The notes under the pieces are model-generated. The model worked only from the letters and a program-made list of their open reading frames with translations, did no database searches and was not told where the DNA came from. 64,000 bases of DNA. It comes from Octopus sinensis. Its lineage: Eukaryota. The stretch lies in assembly GCF_006345805.1 (NCBI RefSeq), contig NC_043007.1, forward strand, positions 35,588,001 to 35,652,000, in the 5' to 3' direction. A program made the translations under genes and the position numbers. Each line of letters starts with the position of its first letter. Within the stretch, counting starts at the first letter, position 1. This document shows, in pieces, positions 36,905-49,773 of the stretch.

Positions 36905-37770
36905 ATGCCCTTTTCAAGCCTAGCCAGGGTCATGGGCCTGGTTTCCTAGTTTCTGTGGCGTATGTGTTCCCCCAGCTGGATGGGATACCAGTCCATCGCA
37001 GTGTTACCCAAGAAACAGGAAGAGAGAGTGAGAGAAAGTTGGGGCAAAAGAGTACAGCAGGGGTTGCCACCCCCCCCTGCCAGAGCCTCGTGGAGCTTTT
37101 AGGTGTTTTCGCTCAATAAACACACACAACACCTGGTCTGGGAATCGAAATCGTAATCCTCCGACTGCTAGTCACTGCCCTAACCACTGGGCCATTGTGC
37201 CTCCACTATTTAAAGAATACTCAAGTTTTATGAAGAAACAAGATTATTTGCATCATTAGAAAAATGAGGGAGATCACAGAAAACAAGTGTTTGGCAAGAC
37301 CGTGTGATTCAGAGGCTGTCATTAAGGAATCATTTCAGTACTGCCGCAGGAATTTCTGGCAACAAGAAGGGCATCCAGCCGTAGAAAATCAGTCTCAGTA
37401 AATTATGCTTGACCCATGCAAGCATGAAATAGTGGACACTAAATGATGATGATATATGAACACACACACACACATACACACACACACACAAGCACATGCC
37501 TGCACACACAGCAATCTTCCATATAGTTTTTGCCAACGATTTTTACTCACGTGAAGGCATGTGGCTTAGTGGTTAGGGTGTCAGCACCATGATCATAAGA
37601 TTGTGGTTTCAATTCCTGGACCGGGCAACGTGTTGTGTTCTTGAGCAAAGCACTTCATTTCACGTTGTTCAAGTCTACTCAGCTGGCAAAAATAAGTAAT
37701 GATGCGATGGACTGGCGTCCCGTCCAGCTGAGGAACACATACGCCATTGAAACCAGGAAACCGGGCCCAT
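36905..37770. mobile_element. Two SINE family C copies in opposite orientation (36905-37205 minus; 37553-37770 plus) with a family D fragment between
   Basis: Shared gcgatggactgg..cc.gtccagctg and tRNA-like heads. Confidence 0.7.
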
Positions 37771-38391
37771 GAGCTTTTTTTCTTCACAAATGTAAATAAA
37801 CCCAATCTGTTTCTTAAACGAGGGACATATTCATACGGCACAGAATGTTTTTTACCTCAATAGATGTCAGTGATTGGTTGAAATTGCAGAAATTGAAGAA
37901 AAACAACAACAAATATCTTACAAACTATAGAATTTTCTCAATAAAGCCAAGAGAAAAAGATGTTTTATAAACACATTCTACCAGTATACGAAGTTTAAAA
38001 TTTTTTAGTTACCTAGAAATTATGTTAAAAATTGCTGTTCAAACCGAAAAGATCCGTTTTCCTCATTACACATACACTCTTAACAAATTCTTATGTATTT
38101 GAAATTTTTTGTGATACTGAAAAGGTACCACACCTCTAGTCTGAGCAGTAATCTCTAAAATTTGAGGCTATCAAGTCATAAAAATAAATAAATAAACCAT
38201 TAAATAAATAAAGGAAGAGAGAAAGGAAGGAAGGAAGAAAGAAAGGGACCATTTAGTTTGTAACTCTTTACTATTGTTATTGCTTAAATGTCAGCAATGG
38301 CCCTTTGTTTCCTTGCTAGAAGCCAGCTCCTTCTTTTCAGGAAGAATTCAAATAAGTAAGATAAAAAAAAAAGAAAGAAAATATAACACAC

Positions 38392-38424
<33 letters not shown>

Positions 38425-38536
38425 CATACATATATACAGGCAGAAAAAACTCTTATGCCGACCAAAATGCATTCACAACTGTATAACATATGCATACAAC
38501 ATATACACAAGTAAACATGTATACACCACACACACA

Positions 38537-38575
<39 letters not shown>

Positions 38576-38609
38576 ATATATACATATATATATATATTAT
38601 ATATATAGT

Positions 38610-38642
<33 letters not shown>

Positions 38643-38949
38643 GTATATAATATATATATAATATGTATGTATGTAATAATATATTATATATTATATATAT
38701 ATAATAATCTATATTATATATATATATATATAAAAATAATCCCCACACATGTATACATTATATGCATATTCATACACTGCAAACACATTCCACATACATG
38801 CATACATGCATGTATGTATGTATACACACATGTGCATATATATATGTGCATACATGTGCAGACTTAGTGGGCGGATAAGGAATGAGATGTAGAAAGAGGA
38901 GGAGGGGAACTTGTCAGTTAAATTATGGGGATCGTTGGGGGGGGGGGGG

Positions 38950-39143
38950 CTGTGTATCAAAGGGAGTAAAAACAGAAGGGCAGGAAAATGATAAGGAAAG
39001 AAAGATAAGGAAGTAATGAAAGAAAGGAAGAAAGAAAGAAAAATAAAAGAATGAGTGAGAAAAGAGATGAGGAATAAACAAGAGATAAAGTAAAAAAAAA
39101 AGAAGCTAGACAAGGAGGAAAGATGTGGGGTATGGATGTGTAG

Positions 39144-39181
<38 letters not shown>

Positions 39182-39207
39182 AAGAGAGAGAGAAGAGAGA
39201 GAGAGAA

Positions 39208-39260
<53 letters not shown>

Positions 39261-39458
39261 ATAAAGGAAGGAATCAAAATGAGAAAGAGAGAAAGAATGA
39301 GAATATGAAAGAGAGGCAGAAGGAAAAAAATAAAGAGGAAGAAGGTGGTGCCCCAGTATGGCCACAGTCAACTGACTGAAACTAATAAACGAGTAAAAGA
39401 GGAAGAGAGAGAAAGAAATAGAGAGACAGACAGAGAGAAAGAGAAAAAGAAATAGAGC

Positions 39459-39495
<37 letters not shown>

Positions 39496-39790
39496 CTAAA
39501 GGGAAAGAGAGATTTTGAAAGAGAGAGAAATAGAGGAAGAGAGAGAGCAAGAATAAAGGAAAGAATAAAAATAAGCAAGAGAGAAAGAATGAGAATAAGA
39601 AGCAAAGAATAAGAATGTGAAAGAGAGGAAGAAACAGAATGAGAAAAAATAAATGAATGAAAAAGAAATTTGTATCTGAAAAAAATGAAACATAACATTT
39701 TATGAAGAGAGAACGAATGAAAAAGAGAAAGAGAATTGCGAAAGAAGAGAAGGAAAGAATCAGTAGAAAGAAAGAAAAAAAGACAATTAG
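38950..39790. repeat. Purine-rich (AG)n/(AAAG)n low-complexity tract
   Basis: Directly visible; source of the spurious 387-aa minus-strand ORF. Confidence 0.9.
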
Positions 39791-40002
39791 AAAAAGAGAA
39801 AGAAAAAGTAGGCATCAGTGTGTGGTTAAGACGTATGCTTCCGAAATATGTGGTCTTGGGTTCAGAACCCACTGCAGGGCATCTTGGGGGGCAAATGCCT
39901 TCTATTATAACCTTGAGCCAACCAAAGCCTTGTGAGGACTGGGTAGAAGGAAACTAAAAGAATCCCTTCGGATATACGTATGTGTATGTGTATATGTATA
40001 TA

Positions 40003-40083
40003 CAGAGGTTGGACAAAATACCCCATATTAAAATAAATTTGTTTGAAATTTTAAGGTGTTTCCATTATTTTGTCCAACCTCTG
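40003..40083. mobile_element. 81-bp Tc1-type mini-MITE
   Basis: TA|CAGAGGTTGGACAAAAT ... ATTTTGTCCAACCTCTG|TA. Confidence 0.85.
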
Positions 40084-40096
40084 TATATACATACAT

Positions 40097-40420
40097 TGTC
40101 AGACCCTATGTCTGGCAACAAGACTGCCCCTTGCCACACAAGCAAGAGAACCCAGTCGTGGCTGACAGACAATTTCTGCAACCACATCACCCCTAACATC
40201 TGGTTACCTAACTCCCTACACTGCAACCCCCTCGATTATTATGTGTGGGGCACAGTTGAGCACAAGACTAACAAAAAACTCTTTGTAACACTAAAGATGA
40301 ACTGAAGGCAAGGATTATGGCAGCATTCTCCAACTTAAACCAGGAGACCACCCAGGAGAATTGCAGGAGATTCTGAAGTCGTCTGGAGGCTGTGGTTGAA
40401 GCCAATGACAATTTTATTAA
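40097..40420 (+). pseudogene. maT-type (DD37D) transposase C-terminal fragment
   Basis: PYVWQQD-(frameshift)-APCHTSKRTQSWL...IWLPNSLHCNPLDYYVWG; 37 residues between the second and third Asp if the 2-nt deletion is repaired. Confidence 0.8.
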
Positions 40421-40547
40421 AAATAATATCTGTTAAAATGTGATGTCAGTGTCATTTTCAATTTTGAGTAACTTAGCTGAGAGTTTATTCACTGCATCCT
40501 GTATATGTGTGTGTGTGGTGTGTGTGTGTGTGTGTGTGTATTGGAAC

Positions 40548-40718
40548 GTGGAAGGTGTTTATAAGCCATTTAAGAAACACAAAAAAACCGTTAGATTCAC
40601 TTCAACATTTAAATTTAATTTGTCAAAATATTTTCGTTGCTTTGAGACTGCAACCTGTTCACTGACAAAACTTCATGCTGCATGTTAGTGACTTAAATAG
40701 CTTATAAACACCTTCCAC
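40548..40718. repeat. Short fold-back element (27-bp arms) enclosing a hammerhead-like fold
   Basis: gtggaaggtgtttataagccatttaag / cttaaatagcttataaacaccttccac, 1 mismatch. Confidence 0.85.
40619..40669 (-). ncRNA. Hammerhead-like motif with swapped G3:C8 core
   Basis: Minus strand: TTTGTCA-GTGAACA-g-GTTGC-agtctcaaa-GCAAC-GAA-AATATT-T|TGACAAA. 7-bp stem I, 5-bp stem II, palindromic stem III. Confidence 0.6.
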
Positions 40719-40796
40719 ACTGCAATTGTTTGCGTTCCAGCACATGATCTCAGATCAAGTCATTCGCCATGCATGTACATCTCCGTAATATATATA

Positions 40797-41965
40797 TTGG
40801 GTCATCCCATAAATAATGTGTTTTTTTATCTTTTGAACTAAAAGTTGGAGGAGGACAGGATAAACTACCTGCACCAACTTGCTATAAAAGCAGTTAGTAA
40901 TATTACTTTGTATTTATTCTTAGTACAAATTTTGAAGAGTGCAGTTCGATTTTAACAGTTATTTTTCAAAGCTATAATGTAAGTGACAAAGGAGCATATT
41001 CGGCATATTTTGCTTTATGATTTCAATAAAGACAACAACACAATGGAAAGTGCGAGGAATATTAATGCAGTAACAGGGGATGAGACAACAAGCGTAAGCT
41101 AGTGTCAACGGTGGTTCCAGAAATTCCAAGTTGGAAACTACAACCTAGAAGATGAGCCTCATCCTGGAACATCTGTAGTGCTCGATGAGGACATCCTGCA
41201 AACCCTGGTGGAACAAAGTCCCATCTTAACTGTTGAGGTACTAACAGAGAAGCTTAGATTTGGTCATTCAACCATTCATCAACACCTGCCTGCCATCAGA
41301 AAAGTCAGCAAATTGGGTCGATGGGTTCCTCACAAACTTTCCGAGTTTAATCACGTGCAGAGAATGGATGTGTGCTCTTCTTTGTTGTCATGTCTTACGG
41401 ATGAATCTTTTTGGGACAGAATAGTGACTGATGATGAGAAATAGGTTCTCTTTAAAAATGTCAAGTGCCAAAGACAGTGGGTAGGAAAAGGAGAAACACC
41501 ACCACACAGGTTAAAGAAGGTCTTCATCCATGTAAGGTGTTGTTATCTGTTTGGTGGGATATGAAAGGTTTAGTCCACTGAACTTTTAAACCCAAACCAA
41601 ATGATAAGAAAGGAGATCTACTGTGAGCAGCTTGAGAGGCTTAAGTCAATGCTAGAAGGAAAATGACCATCTTTGGTTTCGAGACAAAAGGTGTTGTTTC
41701 ATCAGGTTAATGCTTGGCGACATACAGCAAATATGACATTCCAAAGGCTGGAGCAGTTTGAATGGGAAATGATGCTCCAACCACAATATTTGCCAGACGT
41801 TGCCCCATCTGATTATTATTTATTCTGCAATCTTTAAAATTATTTGGATGGAAAAATATGTATTTTGTTTATGAGGTCAGAACAGTCCTGGAGGAGTATT
41901 TTTTGTCACGGACAAGTGACCTTTGGAAGAAGGGCCTTGCAAGCCTATCAGATAGGTGGAAGAAA
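40797..41965 (+). pseudogene. Mariner (Mos1/SETMAR-like) transposase relic, nearly full length
   Basis: HIRHILLYDF...RWFQKF...LEDEPHPG...GRWVPHKL...RIVTDDEK...LHPCKVLLSVWWD...FHQVNA..H...PDVAPSDYYLF; contains stops and frameshifts. Confidence 0.92.
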
Positions 41966-42093
41966 AATTAGGCTTCTCAACACCAGAAAGGAGAAAGCTG
42001 ATTCAAAGACTATAGATTCCAGCTATGAATGGAACTGTTATGATTGGTTAAACATTCCGGAAGTCTACACATGTAACTATATGTCCAAGAATA

Positions 42094-42468
42094 TCTTTAT
42101 ATATAAAAGTGAAGTTGTGTGTCTGTCTCCTACGATTTAGATTCCTAACTACTCCCACATTTTGCGGTGCAGTTTAACCAAAACCGGGTATCTTATAGTC
42201 GTGATTCATATCGAGCCCTTCTGGATATTAGCGCGCATCTACGATGAGTCTACGATTTAAAAAAAAATTACCATCATTTTTTTCCATTTTAATGCATTTT
42301 TTCGCTATTATATAATGGAAGTAACTCTCTAAAAATGTCTACGATGAGTCAACGATTTAAAAAAAAATTTACCATCATTTTTTTGCTATTTTTTGGCTAT
42401 AACTCTCTAAAAATGCTTATATAGTTATTTCCCTTAAAAACCTGAGCAACGCCGGGTGATACTGCTAG
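42094..42468 (+). mobile_element. Non-autonomous Helitron (same family as 14200)
   Basis: A|TC...CTAG|T; near-identical body. Confidence 0.85.
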
Positions 42469-43576
42469 TAATATATAAAACAAAACACAATCTACACATT
42501 CACATACTCCAAATACTTCACACATAATCACATACATATATACACAAATACCCTGTTGACAAGCCATTAAAGAAAAGGATAGGCTTATTGTCTGGAGAAA
42601 AGAAGGAAGTTGTGGACACATGTTTCTGCCTCATTAGGCATCATCAGCAAGATGATTGTCCAACCTTATCTCAGTAGCCAAGGGACTTAGAATTATGCAA
42701 AGAGAATAGAATAGAATGCTTTTATAATCTAGATAATATGCATAATTTAAACAAACATAAGTTGTGTAATAACTCATAGTAGTATTGACATGTATCTAAA
42801 TAAACATAGACAAATATTAAATTATGGGAATATCCAGTAAATGAATTTTATTGAAATATGGAATATCGTATACTCTTTCATTAATAAGAAAAAGACCACT
42901 TAAGATAAGGGAAAAAAGAACAATCAAAAATAAAATATACTCTGAAGTGGTGGTTCTCTCCCCTTAAGGAGAATATTCACCTTTTCTGTCATCTCATTAT
43001 GTGGCTCTATAAGCAACTAGAAGCAACAGCAGTTGTAGTTCTCAGTCAAGTAACCAACCACACATACAACATAAATTCTTGATTTATTCAAAACATCTCT
43101 GCTTCTTAATGATAATGTCATAATTAGCAAATGGTATTTAAGAACAATATATACATACATATATTGACAACAACACCCCCACCTCACCATGTATGGCATC
43201 AGTTACAATGAACAAATGCCACTAATATACAAAATACTGCAGCTTCCAGAGTAGTCTCAACATCTATCTCTATCTATTTACCAACATCTTCTTATCCAAG
43301 CACATAGGCCTAAGAATAAAGAAAAGAACTGGTGTCACTGCCAGGCCAATAATATCACATGACCTGAGTTGACCAATAGAGGCCTAACATCTAGAAGCCA
43401 TCTTGAATTCATCTCATATCTCCTTTACTCTCATCCAGGAGCTTGATAAAATAGATTTGTTCTACAAGCCTATGAAACTTCAAGTTACATGGAGCTGATT
43501 TAAATTGTTATTAAAATATATATCTAACTCCTAGTAAATGTGTGGAGTGCAACTTTCTTTCATTTATCCACTCTTT

Positions 43577-43616
<40 letters not shown>

Positions 43617-43620
<4 letters not shown>

Positions 43621-43765
43621 ATATAGTATAGTATTATTGGACGCTCAGGAAAGAAGGGAGGTTTAACGTTTCGAGCGGAGCTCTTAGTCAGAAACATTGG
43701 AAAAGGAAAGATCCAAAGAAGGGAAGACGGAGGAAAAAAATCGCCAACAGTACACATACAGTCAC
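43617..43765 (-). mobile_element. (TA)n-embedded short element F1 with a hammerhead motif (G8 mutated)
   Basis: Minus strand 43661-43695: GTTT-CTGACTA-a-GAGC-tcc-GCTC-GAAAC-GTT-AAAC; homologous to 61112-61329. Confidence 0.7.
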
Positions 43766-44203
43766 TATATATATATATATATATATTAAGGACATTACTA
43801 TACATAAATGTCTCACGTTAGGGGGGACTCTTGAAGTCAAAATTACCATAATAAATAAATACATTGTATAGTAATGCCTTTAATATAAATAGATATATTT
43901 AAGAGGAATAATTGATGGATTTTTCCCTTATGAAGTTTTTCACGCTAACTACTTGATAAATTCTTATAAAGATTTTATCCTATTTTTCAATTCTCTCTCT
44001 CTCTCTCTCTCTCTATATATTATATATATATATATATACATATATGAGAGGTATTGGTATCTAGAAGATCCAAAGAGTGGCAGGTAACACATATATATAT
44101 ATGTGTGTGTGTGTGTGTATATGTATATATATAGATGGATAGAGGGAAAAGCTATACATAAGGAAAGAGATACATACATATATGTATATATATATATATA
44201 TAT

Positions 44204-44252
<49 letters not shown>

Positions 44253-44585
44253 TAGATAGATAGAGAGAGAGAGAGATAGATAGATAGATAGATCGATAGA
44301 TAGATAGGTGCAGGAGTGGGCGTGTGGTAAAAAGTTTGCTTCCCAACCACATGGTTCTGGGTTCAGTCTCACTGCATGGCTCTTTGGGCAAGTATCTTCT
44401 ACTATAGCCTCAGGCAGATCAAAGCTTTCTGAGTGAATTTGGTAGACGGAAACTCAAAAGTAGTACCTCGGTTTTTGAACAACTCTGATCACAAATAAAT
44501 TGTGCTTTACCTCCTGTCTTTCTCATATTCATTTAATACAATAGCATCTTGATTTACGAACGCCTCTGATCATGAATAAATCTTG

Positions 44586-44631
<46 letters not shown>

Positions 44632-44640
44632 GTACATATA

Positions 44641-44870
44641 AGGCATTATTTATTCATGATCAGAGTTATTCGAAAACCGAGAGATCGCTAGCCACTGCAC
44701 ATTCTTTATTTTCTCTCCATTTTTCTTTCTGTGTTCCTTTCTGTGTAAGAGTGTAGGCTCGAAACATTAAAGACTTTTTCACTTCCCGAGCGTTATACTA
44801 ATACATCTGTTTGTCATCTACACCACCTGTCTTCGTCTTTTGATTTTTTTGTGAAATCTCCCTATATATA

Positions 44871-44914
<44 letters not shown>

Positions 44915-45107
44915 AAGCGTTATGAAAATAAACAAAAGACAAAGGCAGGTGGAGTACAAACAAACAATTGTATTAGTATGGCGCTCAGGAATATAAATAA
45001 AACAAGTCTTTTACGTTTCGAGCCTACGCTCTTCAACAGAAAGATACACAGAAAAGAAACACAGAGAGAAACAAGGAGAGAAAAAAAAATGCATGCAGAA
45101 GCTAGCG
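44641..45107. mobile_element. Two F2 short elements facing tail-to-tail across (TA)n, each with a hammerhead-like motif
   Basis: Plus 44737-44772 CTTT-CTGTGTA-a-GAGT-gtag-GCTC-GAAAC-ATT-AAAG; minus 45008-45043 CTTT-CTGTTGA-a-GAGC-gtag-GCTC-GAAAC-GTA-AAAG. Degenerate third copy at ~24040-24130. Confidence 0.7.
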
Positions 45108-46532
45108 ATATATATATTAACTGAATTTTAAAGTATTAACCATCCATCACAGCTGGTCTTACCAATTGGTTTCATGCAAAAAATACAATGGAGTATTAGG
45201 CAACAAACCAATTATATAAATACGCTCATCAGAGGTAGCCAACACGGAAGGGAATATGGTAACTGTTCTCCACTGCCAGAGTTGGATTAGCACAACCGGT
45301 TGGCGTCTGCTGTAAAAAGGTGGTGAAAATGGAAAAAAACATCCAGGGGATTTTGCTAGGAGCTATGTCCCTTAGTTTAGGTATGTTTACAGGAAGAAAA
45401 CAGAATAAAGAACACAATGCTAGATATACCTACACCCTCCCTAGAAAAGTTTATATATGTGATATCACTAGAAAAATTTATATGTATAACACCACTACAC
45501 ACACCACACACCCCATATATATATATATATGTGATGATGATGGTGATGATGATGATGGTGGTGGTGGTGGTATCTATATGTTTTCTCTCTCTCTCTTACT
45601 GACACAATGAAGGACATTGACTCCTTCTTTCTCATTACACAGTTACATCTGTTTATATAGATTGATACACATACATACTCTCCTCCTTCACATATACAAG
45701 CATTGACACTCATGCAATCATATTCAATCTCTCACTCTTTCTCTATATATTTCCGAATCTCTTTCATACACATAACTTATCAATACTGCATTGTTCTCGA
45801 TTATAATTCCATTGGCGTTCAATGCTGTGTTGGCTGCATTTTAAGACCAGGGAATCCAACCTGTGCTTGATTAATAAGTTATTTTATCGACTCTGGTGGG
45901 GAAGAAAGCCGCAGTTAATCCAAGTTCACTTCCACTGTGTGGTACCTTAGGCAAATGTCTTCTAATATAGTCCTGGGCTGGCCAAAGTCCCATGAGTGAA
46001 TCTGAGAGATAGAAACTGTGTGGAATCCCATCATCTATACATACATACATACATACATATATACACACACACACATACATACATACATACATACATACAT
46101 GCATATATACACACATATATATGTACACACACACATATGTATGTATGTATGTATGTATGTATATATGTATGTATGTATAAGAGATTGATTAAATAAATAC
46201 CAGGCTTAGAAAAATATATTTTACTGGAGTTGGGTTTTTTTTCAAACAGACTCTTTAGCATGGCTGCAGTCCAATGACAGAAACAAGTAAAAGACCCACT
46301 GAGTAGCTCTTGCAGTTTCTGCATTGTTCAGAGTATTTCCAATGTTCACTTGATCTAAAAGTAAGTATAAGGGGACATTTTCAGAGCAGGAAGTATGAGT
46401 ATAGCTACTTAGTTCATATTTTCATTGATCTTGAGTTTCATCTTGGTCTTTCATTATAATTCCATTTGCATTTAGAACACTTTATAGCAATAACCTTGGA
46501 TCAAAGAGTGACTTGCTGTGCTTGAGGAGACC

Positions 46533-46900
46533 TATTGAGTCAAGTGCGTCAACACCAACATCAAAATAAAAATCAAATAGAAATCATACTTAAGATACCC
46601 GTGCCGGTGGCACACTGATGCCAGCACCGCCTGACTGGCGTCCATGTCGGTGGCACGTAAAAGCACCAACCGATTGTGGCTGTTTACCAGCCTCCTCTGG
46701 CCCCTGTGCCAGTAGCACGTAAAAAGCACCCACTACACTCATGGAGTGGTTGGTGTTAAGAAGGGTAACCAGCTTTAGAAACACTGCCAGATCAGACTGG
46801 AGCCTAGTGCAGCCTCCTGGCTTCCCAGACCCTGGTCGAACTGTTCAACCCATGCTACCATGGGTTACAGATGTTAAACGATGATGATGATGATGATGAA
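46533..46900 (+). mobile_element. SINE family D, full-length orientation reference
   Basis: Ends catgctaccatggg...gttaaacgatgatgatgatg. Confidence 0.75.
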
Positions 46901-47574
46901 CACTTTATAGCAATAACATATCTGCCTCTGTAACTGTCTGGTATTTTATTTTATCAACCCTAGTGAGGATGAATATCCAAGTTGACCTCAGTCTATTTTC
47001 TATTATAATTTATTCACATCTAGGATGTTTTATAAGAACATTAAATCAGTGTCATCATTAGGACTGTTATTACTCACTATGGCAACAGATGGTGTCACCA
47101 GTTACCAGTCACCAGTCACCCTATTGACATCCTCATTTGTGAAGATAATGCACAAGTCTCAGTTCTTTTCTGGGTTAGATCTACCAGGATATTTTTTTTT
47201 ACAAAACAATAACAAATTTCAGCTGAAACATCGTATGAAAAATTTCAGGCAATTTGGTGTTGCCATCTCTGATAGTGTCCATGCACTGCACACTCTTTGA
47301 AACTTTACTGAATGAAATTACTCACTGTATTTGACTGGTAGTGCTGGACTTAGAAACGGTGGGGCCCTAAGCTATACAAAGCTTAGAAGCCTCTTTTTAA
47401 AAGAAGTTTACACCAAGCAATAACATATCTATTTGTTCTTGATATGTTGTGACAGATTCAAACGTAAATATCTGATTGTAAGCATTGCTTGGATTCTTAC
47501 TGTTCTGCGTGTACCTCATGTATTATTTCACCAAACTCTCTCACAAAAATTGAAATCATATAAGCCTTTTAAGT

Positions 47575-48252
47575 TCTTTACCTTTTGACCTACAGATTTA
47601 GAAAATAATTTTTTTGAAAATAAACACTTTCAAACTTTGGATACTGGTAGAATATGTCATATAAAAATTTTTTACTCTTAGCATCTTTGAGAAAAACTTA
47701 TATTTACGAAGTAATCTCACGTTAAAGTAGTCCTATTTCAGTAATTTCAACCAATCAATGACATGTTTTCAGCTGAATAAAATTACTGCCATTGTTTGTC
47801 AACAAGAACTTCCGGCGGTGTATTTTTCGTTTGTCACTGTTATTTATGACAACTCTAACCCTAAAACCTTAATCCTAACCCTAACCCTAAAACCATAACC
47901 CTGAAACCCTAACCCTAAAACCCTAACCTTAACCCTAAAATCTTAAAGCTAAAACCAGTACAAATGCACAAACGATGTCATAAATAACAGAGACAAATGA
48001 AAGATACCCCGCCGTTAGTTGTTGTTGACAAACAATGGCAGTAATTTTATTCAGCTGAAAACACGTCACTGATTGGCTGAAATTACCAAAATAGGATTAC
48101 TTTAACGTGAAATTACTTCATAAATATAAATTTTTCTCAAAAATGCTAAGAGAAAAAGATGTTTTATATGACACATTCTATCAGTGCCTGAAATTTGAAA
48201 GTGTTTAGTTACAAAAAATTATTTTTTAAATCTGTAGGTCAAAAGGTAAAGA
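47575..48252. mobile_element. Fold-back DNA element with ~277-bp TIRs around a degenerate (CCCTAA)n core
   Basis: Arms 47575-47851 and 47976-48252 are diverged reverse complements; the core contains ctaaccctaaaaccctaacc; related fragment at ~37800-38055. Confidence 0.8.
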
Positions 48253-49103
48253 TCCGCCTTTTAATTATTTTGGGGTCCCATGTGATTAGGAAGCAAATTT
48301 CTTACCACACAGCTATGCAAGGCTTCTTTCAATTTCCATCTAACAAGTCCATTCACAAGACTTTGGTCAACCTGAGCTATAGTTGAAGACACTTGCCCAA
48401 GGTATCACTGATCCTAAAAGCATGTTGTTAGGAAGCAAACTTCTTACCAAATAGCCATTCCTGAGCCTCACTTCTTGATAAATTATCTTATATATTTATC
48501 TCATCTGAAAGGATGAACATCAAAATGGAAACTGGTGGGTGGTATTTGAACTCAGAATATAAAAAGATATAACTAAATGTCACATAACATGTTGATTGAT
48601 GCTCTACTGACTTTGTTATTACAACATAAGAGGCTCGGTCACTAGTCATTTTCAAAAATAATTGTCAAAAATAGATCATCCCCAAATAGAACAATATATG
48701 TTTCAACACACAATTTCACATCAAAAATCATGCAAAACAAATACATAAACATATATATGTATCTTTTTTTAAATTAATATTTAGCAGAAGTAACAGAGTG
48801 ACACAGGGTCCAAGAGGTTCATGCATTGGTTCTTATCACACACACATTCATGTGTGTGTAGATATATACATACATATATACATATACATATATATTTATA
48901 CACACACGTACACATACACACACACACATGCAGATACTGATGATGATGATGATGATGAATAACTTGGCTGCTATTCAAAGCTTAAGTTGCACGAGTGCAA
49001 GTCTCTTATCAGAGTTCTGGAGTCCCAAATCACTCTAATTAGTCACCATGTATAAAAGTCAATGACATTGAGAAATATAACATTTTTTTTAAGCTAACAT
49101 ATA

Positions 49104-49266
49104 GGCACAGGAGTGACTGTGTGGTAAGTAACTTGCTTACCAACCACATGGTTCCGGGTTCAGTCCCACTGCGTGGCACCTTGGCCAAGTGTCTTCTACT
49201 ATAGTCTCAGGCCGACCAAAGCCTTGTGAGTGGATTTGGTAGACAGAAACTGAAAGAAGCCCGTCG

Positions 49267-49299
<33 letters not shown>

Positions 49300-49545
49300 G
49301 TTTGTGTGTGTATACGTTAGTGTGTGTATACGTTAGTGTGTCTGTGTTTGTCCCTCCAACATCACCTGACAAGCAATGCTGGTGTGCTTACATTCCCGTA
49401 ACTTAGTGGCAAAAGAGACCAATAGAATGAGTACTAGGCTTCCAAAGAATACGTCCTGGGGTCTATTTGCTTGGCTAAAGGCAGTGCTCCAGCATGGCCA
49501 CATACACATGACTGAAACAAGTAAAAGAGTCAAGGAGCAAAAGAA
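49104..49545 (+). mobile_element. SINE family A
   Basis: ggcacaggagtgactgtgtggtaag head through aagtaaaagag tail. Confidence 0.88.
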
Positions 49546-49741
49546 TATTAGAACTGGCGTATAATAAATAATACAATATAACATTATACAAAACAATGTA
49601 TGAATCCTGCTCACATACAAAAAAAAGAACACATTTCTGATAAAACTTTCAAACACAGATATACAGGCCTATGTATATACAAATAGATAGATAGATAAAT
49701 AGTATACACATGTGTATACATATATGTATATATATATATAT

Positions 49742-49773
<32 letters not shown>

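Noticed and set aside
38709-39872. 387-aa ORF, the longest in the track
   Set aside because: It is a translation of the (AG)n/(AAAG)n tract (SL/FL repeats) with no protein-like complexity. The same applies to the many IYIY, HTHT and IIII ORFs.
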